Shown one piece after another: positions 58,656 through 64,000 of a stretch of 64,000 nt of DNA. Source of the stretch: an uncultured Alphaproteobacteria bacterium (lineage in GTDB: Bacteria > Pseudomonadota > Alphaproteobacteria > Sphingomonadales > Sphingomonadaceae); NCBI GenBank assembly GCA_963815315.1, contig CAWFFX010000007.1, positions 71,732-135,731 of the forward strand, given 5' to 3'. The notes below the pieces were generated by a model, which saw only the letters and a list, made by a program, of their open reading frames with translations, made no database searches and was not told where the DNA came from. The translations under genes were made by a program, and so were the position numbers. Every line of letters starts with the position of its first letter. Within the stretch, counting starts at the first letter, position 1.

Positions 58656-60083
58656 ATGACTGATATTTCCGATCTGATCCAGCCCGACCGCGGGCAAGAC
58701 GCCATCGCCATCCAACTTGTGAACAAGGCGGGTTTTGAAGAATTCGCCAAAACACTGAGCGCGGCCCAGCGCGCGCAGCTTGCCGCGCAGAAATTTGACG
58801 GCAGTGGCTATCAGGTCGGCATCGTGCCTGTGGGCGAAACTTTCTTTGCGGTCGGCGGGGTCGCCGACCCTGAAAGCCTTTCCAGCTGGTGCCTTGCCAA
58901 ATTGGCTGAGGAATTGCCCGGCGGCACCTATCGCCTTGAAACGGGTGATGCGGGCGCGGCGATGTTCGGATGGCTGACGGCGCAATATCGCTTCACCCGT
59001 TACAAGAAGGATGAAAACGCTACCGGACCGCGCGTGTTGCTGACCGCGCAACCGGGCCGGATCGATGCCGCCGTGGCCGAAGCGCGGGCGGAAATGCTGG
59101 TGCGCGATCTCGTCAACACGCCGGCAGAGGATATGGGGCCAGCCGCGCTGGAGGCGGAATGCGAACGCCTTGCCAAGCGATACGGCGCGCAATTGCAGGT
59201 GACGAAGGGTGATGCGCTGGAAACAGGCTATCCGATGGTTCACGCCGTCGGCCGCGCCGCGACGCGCCACCACGCGCCGCGCATCATGCATCTGACATGG
59301 TCCGCGCCGGGGGGGTCGGCGCCGGGGGGGTCCGCGCTGGGGGGCAAATCGGATCTTCCGGTGCTGGCAATCGTCGGCAAGGGCGTAACCTTCGATTCGG
59401 GCGGGCTGGATATCAAGCCGGGCACCGGAATGCGTCTGATGAAAAAGGATATGGGCGGGGCGGCGCATGCAATTGCGCTGGCAGGCCTGATCATGGAAGC
59501 AGGGCTGAAAGTGCGCCTGCATGTGCTGGTTCCAGCTGTGGAGAACGCGATTTCCGGTGCGTCCTTCCGTCCCGGCGATGTGCTGTCCAGCCGCAAGGGG
59601 CTGAGCGTGGAGATCCATAACACCGACGCCGAAGGGCGACTGATTCTCGGCGATGCGCTGACCCGTGCGAGCGAGGAGGAGCCGGACCTGCTGATCGATT
59701 TTGCCACGCTGACAGGTGCGGCGCGCGTCGCGCTTGGCCCGGATTATGCCGCGATGATGGCTCGGCGCGATGACACCGCGCAGGCGATGATCGATGCTGG
59801 CCGCGCGCATGACGATGAACCTTGGCGGCTGCCCCTGCCAGAGGCCTATCGCGAATACCTCGCCTCCGACATTGCCGATCTCGCGAATGCGCACTCCAAT
59901 CCTTATGCCGGGGCCAGCGTCGCGGGCCTGTTTCTTGACAGGTTTGTCGCAGAAGGCATCGACTGGGTGCACTTCGATACCTTTGCATGGTGTCCCTTCC
60001 CCAAACCGGGCCGGACAAAGGGCGGGCGCGGCTGTGGCCTGCGCGCAGCGTGGCACATGCTCAAAGGCCGCTATTCCGGGTGA
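58656..60083 (+). CDS. M17 family leucyl aminopeptidase-like metallopeptidase
   Basis: Contains VGKGVTFDSGGLDIKP and NTDAEGRLILGD. Starts at the ATG at 58656 (MTDISDL...). Confidence 0.85.
   Translation: MTDISDLIQPDRGQDAIAIQLVNKAGFEEFAKTLSAAQRAQLAAQKFDGSGYQVGIVPVGETFFAVGGVADPESLSSWCLAKLAEELPGGTYRLETGDAGAAMFGWLTAQYRFTRYKKDENATGPRVLLTAQPGRIDAAVAEARAEMLVRDLVNTPAEDMGPAALEAECERLAKRYGAQLQVTKGDALETGYPMVHAVGRAATRHHAPRIMHLTWSAPGGSAPGGSALGGKSDLPVLAIVGKGVTFDSGGLDIKPGTGMRLMKKDMGGAAHAIALAGLIMEAGLKVRLHVLVPAVENAISGASFRPGDVLSSRKGLSVEIHNTDAEGRLILGDALTRASEEEPDLLIDFATLTGAARVALGPDYAAMMARRDDTAQAMIDAGRAHDDEPWRLPLPEAYREYLASDIADLANAHSNPYAGASVAGLFLDRFVAEGIDWVHFDTFAWCPFPKPGRTKGGRGCGLRAAWHMLKGRYSG
59301..59345. repeat. 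3 x 15-bp tandem repeat encoding (SAPGG)(SAPGG)(SALGG), containing two G7 runs
   Basis: The units are tccgcgccggggggg, tcggcgccggggggg and tccgcgctggggggc. They lie inside the M17 peptidase gene, just before the catalytic domain. Confidence 0.8.
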
Positions 60084-60166
60084 TCTGCCGCGCGGGCAGC
60101 TTGCCGCCAAGTCCAAGTGCCGCTAATCGCGTCGCCAATCGGGGGCGATTACAGGATTGAACGTTC

Positions 60167-60535
60167 ATGAGCAGCGCAGGCGGCGATGCACCCAGTTACA
60201 GCATTCCGACGGGAATTCTCGGGCTGAAAGGGCCGGTGGCAAAACCTGCGCCCGGCACCCTGCCGTTGCGCGGTGACCTTGCGCATATTGCGCTCGCGGG
60301 CACGCATCTGGCCGCGCATTACGTTATCCCCACCGGCGCCAGCGTGGCGGCTGAAACCACCAACATGCGCGCGCTGGCCCGCGATGATTCCGATGTGATG
60401 CACGTGCTGGAACGCGGGCAGTCGCTCGAAGTTCTGGATATCGGCATGGACTGGGTCTGGTGTTGCATCGGGCCGCAGGGACCAAGCGGCTATGTTCATA
60501 CCAAATGCCTGACGCTGGATGCCGAGCCTGACTGA
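60167..60535 (+). CDS. Small hypothetical protein, possibly with a bacterial SH3-like C-terminal domain
   Basis: 122 aa. The C-terminal ...VLERGQSLEVLDIGMDWVWCCIGPQGPSGYVHTKCL resembles an SH3b pattern. It ends 5 nt before argC. Confidence 0.45.
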   Translation: MSSAGGDAPSYSIPTGILGLKGPVAKPAPGTLPLRGDLAHIALAGTHLAAHYVIPTGASVAAETTNMRALARDDSDVMHVLERGQSLEVLDIGMDWVWCCIGPQGPSGYVHTKCLTLDAEPD

Positions 60536-60540
60536 AGGGC

Positions 60541-61458
60541 ATGGCGACGCGGATCTTCATCGACGGTGCTGCGGGCACCACCGGGCTGGAAATCCGTGAC
60601 CGACTGGCAGGGCGCAGCGAATTTGAGCTGCTGGTCCTGGACGATACGCAGCGCAAGGACGATGCCGCGCGCCGCGATGCGCTGCACGCTGCCGATGTGG
60701 CGATCCTGTGCCTGCCCGATGAGGCTGCGATTGCAGCGGTGGCGATGGCCGAAGGGTCCGACACGCGGATCATCGACGCATCCAGCGCGCATCGCGTGGC
60801 GGATGGTTGGACCTATGGCTTTCCGGAGATCATCGGCCACGGCGCAATTGCCAATGCGCAGTTCGTCAGCAATCCGGGGTGCTATCCAACCGGTTTCCTC
60901 GCGCTGGTCGCACCGCTGGTTGAGGCTGGCCTGATCGCGCCCGATTACCCTTTCACCGTTAACGCGGTCAGCGGGTATTCGGGCGGCGGAAACGCGCTGA
61001 TAGACCGGTTCGCAGCCGAGCCTGAAATCGCCTTTCGCGCCTATGGTCTTGCTCCGGGGCACAAGCATCTGCCCGAAATGCAGACCTATGCCGGGCTTGC
61101 GCGCGCGCCCGTGTTCTCGCCCGCCGTCATCGCAGGCCATCGCGGTATGGTGGTGGATGTGCCGCTGGCGCTGACGCCGGGCGGTGCATCGGCCGGCGAC
61201 CTACGCGCGCTTCTCGCAAGGCAATATGGCGGCAGTCAAATCGTGCGGGTCGCAACGGGCGCCGATCTGCCCGGAGAAATCCTGCTGAAAGCGGATGCCG
61301 CACCGTGGGACTCGATCGACCTGTTCGTTTTCGGCGATAAGGTGCAGGCCCGCCTTGTCGCCGTGCTCGACAATCTGGGCAAAGGCGCGAGCGGCGCGGC
61401 GATCCAGAACCTCAACATCATGTGCGGCCTGCCTGAAACCGCGGGTCTGCGGCTCTGA
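60541..61458 (+). CDS. argC: N-acetyl-gamma-glutamyl-phosphate reductase (short type)
   Basis: Contains IDGAAGTTGLEI and the catalytic Cys motif NPGCYPTG. Confidence 0.9.
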   Translation: MATRIFIDGAAGTTGLEIRDRLAGRSEFELLVLDDTQRKDDAARRDALHAADVAILCLPDEAAIAAVAMAEGSDTRIIDASSAHRVADGWTYGFPEIIGHGAIANAQFVSNPGCYPTGFLALVAPLVEAGLIAPDYPFTVNAVSGYSGGGNALIDRFAAEPEIAFRAYGLAPGHKHLPEMQTYAGLARAPVFSPAVIAGHRGMVVDVPLALTPGGASAGDLRALLARQYGGSQIVRVATGADLPGEILLKADAAPWDSIDLFVFGDKVQARLVAVLDNLGKGASGAAIQNLNIMCGLPETAGLRL

Positions 61459-61622
61459 AACGGCAGGCGTGCTCAAAATTTGGGCAAATCACACCATTCA
61501 CCAAGAACGGTTGCGTTGCACCGCACAATATTGCTACTTCCTTGGGCAGACCGGATGTTCCTTGCGCCAATGCGCGGATTCGCTACCCGGACTACGCATC
61601 CTTGGCCTCGTTCAGAGGCTGA

Positions 61623-62015
<393 letters not shown>

Positions 62016-62092
62016 TCCGTGCCCGAATACCCAATCTGGCCCGCGCCAAGTGCGCCGGGCGAAGAACAAATCAACCAAGGAGCTAGGCGAAC

Positions 62093-63502
62093 ATGGCAAA
62101 GACGAAAGACGTTCTGAAACGCATCAAGGACGAGGAAATCGAGTGGGTCGATCTGCGTTTCACCGATCCCAAGGGCAAATGGCAGCACCTCACCATGGCG
62201 GCCTGCGTCATGGACGAGGACGCGCTTGAAGATGGCCTGATGTTTGACGGTTCCTCGATCGAAGGGTGGAAAGCCATCAACGAAAGCGACATGATCCTGA
62301 AGCCGGACATGGACGCAGCCTATATCGATCCGTTCAGCGCCACCCCGATGCTGACGCTGTTCTGCGACATCGTGGAACCGTCCGACGGCCAGCTTTACTC
62401 TCGCGATCCCCGCTCCACCGCCAAGCGCGCCGAGGCCTATCTCACCTCCACCGGGATCGGCGACACGATCTATGTCGGGCCGGAGCCTGAGTTCTTCATG
62501 TTCGACGATGTCCGCTTCGAAGACGGATACGCGGGCAGCGGATACACCATCGACGATATCGAACTGCCGACCAATACCGGCCGCGAATACGAGATGGGCA
62601 ACATGGGCCACCGTCCGCGCGCGAAAGGCGGATACTTCCCAGTCGCGCCGGTCGATGCCTGCATGGACATTCGCGGCGAAATGGTTTCGACCATGCTCGA
62701 AATGGGCCTCAACATGGACAAGCACCACCACGAAGTGGCCGCTGCCCAGCACGAACTCGGCATCACCTATTCATCGCTGACGACCGCTGCCGATCAGGTG
62801 CAGATCTACAAGTATGTGGTGCAGCAGGTTGCGCACGCATACGGCAAGACCGCGACTTTCATGCCAAAGCCGATCAAGGACGATAACGGATCGGGCATGC
62901 ACAGCCACATGTCGATCTGGAAGGACGGCGCGCCGACCTTTGCGGGCAACGAATACGCCGGCCTGTCGGAAACCTGCCTGCACTACATCGGCGGGGTGAT
63001 CAAACATGCCAAGGCTATCAACGCCTTCACCAACCCGACCACCAACAGCTACAAACGACTGGTCCCCGGCTTTGAAGCGCCCGTGCTGCTCGCCTATTCC
63101 GCGCGCAACCGTTCGGCATCGTGCCGCATTCCATATGGTGCAGGCGACAAGGCAAAGCGCGTCGAATTCCGCTTCCCCGATCCGCTCGCGAACCCGTATC
63201 TGGCGTTCTCGGCGCTGCTGATGGCGGGCCTCGACGGGATCGAGAACAAGATCCACCCCGGCGAGGCGATGGACAAGAACCTGTACGACCTGCCGCCCGC
63301 AGAACTGGCTGAAGTGCCGACCGTTTGCGGCAGCCTGCGCGAGGCGCTCAACAGTCTGGAGGCCGATCACGACTTCCTGCTGAAGGGCGACGTGTTCTCG
63401 GTCGATCAGATCGAAGCCTACACCGAACTGAAGTGGGAAGAGGTAATCCGCACCGAAACCACCCCGTGCCCGGTCGAATTCGACATGTATTACAGCAGCT
63501 AA
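62093..63502 (+). CDS. glnA: Glutamine synthetase type I
   Basis: 469 aa. Contains MHSHMS and the adenylylation-site context [13 protein letters not shown] lies upstream of the ATG. Confidence 0.95.
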   Translation: MAKTKDVLKRIKDEEIEWVDLRFTDPKGKWQHLTMAACVMDEDALEDGLMFDGSSIEGWKAINESDMILKPDMDAAYIDPFSATPMLTLFCDIVEPSDGQLYSRDPRSTAKRAEAYLTSTGIGDTIYVGPEPEFFMFDDVRFEDGYAGSGYTIDDIELPTNTGREYEMGNMGHRPRAKGGYFPVAPVDACMDIRGEMVSTMLEMGLNMDKHHHEVAAAQHELGITYSSLTTAADQVQIYKYVVQQVAHAYGKTATFMPKPIKDDNGSGMHSHMSIWKDGAPTFAGNEYAGLSETCLHYIGGVIKHAKAINAFTNPTTNSYKRLVPGFEAPVLLAYSARNRSASCRIPYGAGDKAKRVEFRFPDPLANPYLAFSALLMAGLDGIENKIHPGEAMDKNLYDLPPAELAEVPTVCGSLREALNSLEADHDFLLKGDVFSVDQIEAYTELKWEEVIRTETTPCPVEFDMYYSS

Positions 63503-63527
63503 GCTGCGCGATATATGCGCAAGACAC

Positions 63528-63560
63528 AACCCGCCCGGAGCGATCCGGGCGGGTTTTTTG
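63528..63560 (+). terminator. Rho-independent terminator of glnA
   Basis: AACCCGCCCGG-agcgat-CCGGGCGGGTT followed by TTTTTG, 26 nt after the glnA stop. It lies between convergent genes. Confidence 0.75.
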
Positions 63561-63626
63561 CGCCGCGCAAGCCTTCCGATAGGAGATGTCCAGCCGCGCC
63601 GCCTGGCGGATCCGGCTCAATTGGCA

Positions 63627-64000
63627 TCACCGCAATGCGGCGACCAGTTCGCGTTCGAAACGGGCCGCGTCGCCCTGCCCGGCCCGCAGGGTTTTGGCGT
63701 CCAGTGGCAGACTTACACGCCCCTTCGCCATCACGATGGCGCTGTCGCAAAACCCGCATAATGTGGTGAGATCATGCAGGGCCGTGACAAGCGTTAGCCC
63801 TCCTGCCACAAGCCGGGCGAGAGCGGCGCGTGTATCGAAAGCTGCCACAGGGTCCAGCCAGTTGAAGGGTTCATCCAAAATGACGATGCGGGCAGGCAGG
63901 GCAAAGGCAATCGCCAGCGACGCGCGCTGACGCATCCCGGATGAACATTCTCCCACGCGCACATGCAGCAGCTCATCCAGACCAAGCGCTTTCCACAGGT
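63627..64000 (-). CDS. ABC transporter ATP-binding protein (C-terminal part; the 5' end lies beyond the right edge)
   Basis: Contains the signature-like SSGMRQR, Walker B IVILDEP and the H-loop ALHD. The frame stays open to position 64000. Confidence 0.75.
   Translation of the reverse strand, partial: LWKALGLDELLHVRVGECSSGMRQRASLAIAFALPARIVILDEPFNWLDPVAAFDTRAALARLVAGGLTLVTALHDLTTLCGFCDSAIVMAKGRVSLPLDAKTLRAGQGDAARFERELVAALR

Noticed and set aside
58584-60116. 510-aa minus-strand ORF opposite the M17 peptidase. Similar long antisense ORFs occur at 26559..28160 (opposite ftsZ) and 32371..34077 (opposite murC).
   Set aside because: - In each case the opposite strand encodes a protein with unmistakable family signatures.
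- The antisense translations are Arg/His/Gly-rich and featureless.
62016-62092. Terminator or attenuator hairpin between glnB and glnA.
   Set aside because: - The GGCCCGCGCC...GCGCCGGGC pairing is imperfect and has no U-tract.
- This is insufficient evidence.

Overview
This is a GC-rich chromosomal segment with strongly G/C-biased third codon positions. It is packed almost end to end with conserved housekeeping genes. Gene order and protein features point to an alphaproteobacterium, probably Sphingomonadales-like; that assignment is inference.

Main blocks, left to right:
- 1-3820 (-): an open-ended, very large secreted beta-helix repeat protein. It is absent from the supplied ORF track because it has no stop codon inside the window.
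- queF, a Pro/Thr-rich hypothetical protein, then sseA-metC.
- Two tandem MscS-family channel genes.
- A translationally coupled sulfate-assimilation operon: cobA, DUF2849, cysI, DUF934, cysH.
- SDR, proB and obg.
- A cobalamin riboswitch followed by a btuB-like TonB-dependent receptor.
- tRNA-Ala(CGC).
- A poly-proline lipoprotein, a BI-1 family protein, proC, a ybjN-like gene and a TPR-SPOR protein.
- A complete dcw cell-division and cell-wall cluster on the minus strand: mraZ, rsmH, ftsL, ftsI, murE, murF, mraY, murD, ftsW, murG, murC, murB, ddl, ftsQ, ftsA, ftsZ.
- A ferredoxin and cysK group, assorted hydrolases, ccmAB, map, an M17 peptidase, argC, glnB-glnA, and a partial ABC ATPase.

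I found no CRISPR array, integrase, transposase, toxin-antitoxin pair or recognisable defence or secretion island. I cannot honestly point to a convincing novel multi-gene system here.

The items most worth a second look are:
- the giant repeat protein with a nearly identical 507-bp tandem duplication;
- three apparent reading-frame breaks in otherwise conserved genes (map, a lipoprotein, and a membrane protein after ccmB), which may be assembly indels or real pseudogenes;
- MraZ-box-like phased direct repeats upstream of mraZ;
- a perfect DnaA-box 9-mer upstream of ftsZ;
- the CysJ-less cysI operon with its two DUF partners;
- a run of 14 consecutive prolines in a lipoprotein.

All protein family calls rest on motif recognition by eye from the translations. 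No database search was run.
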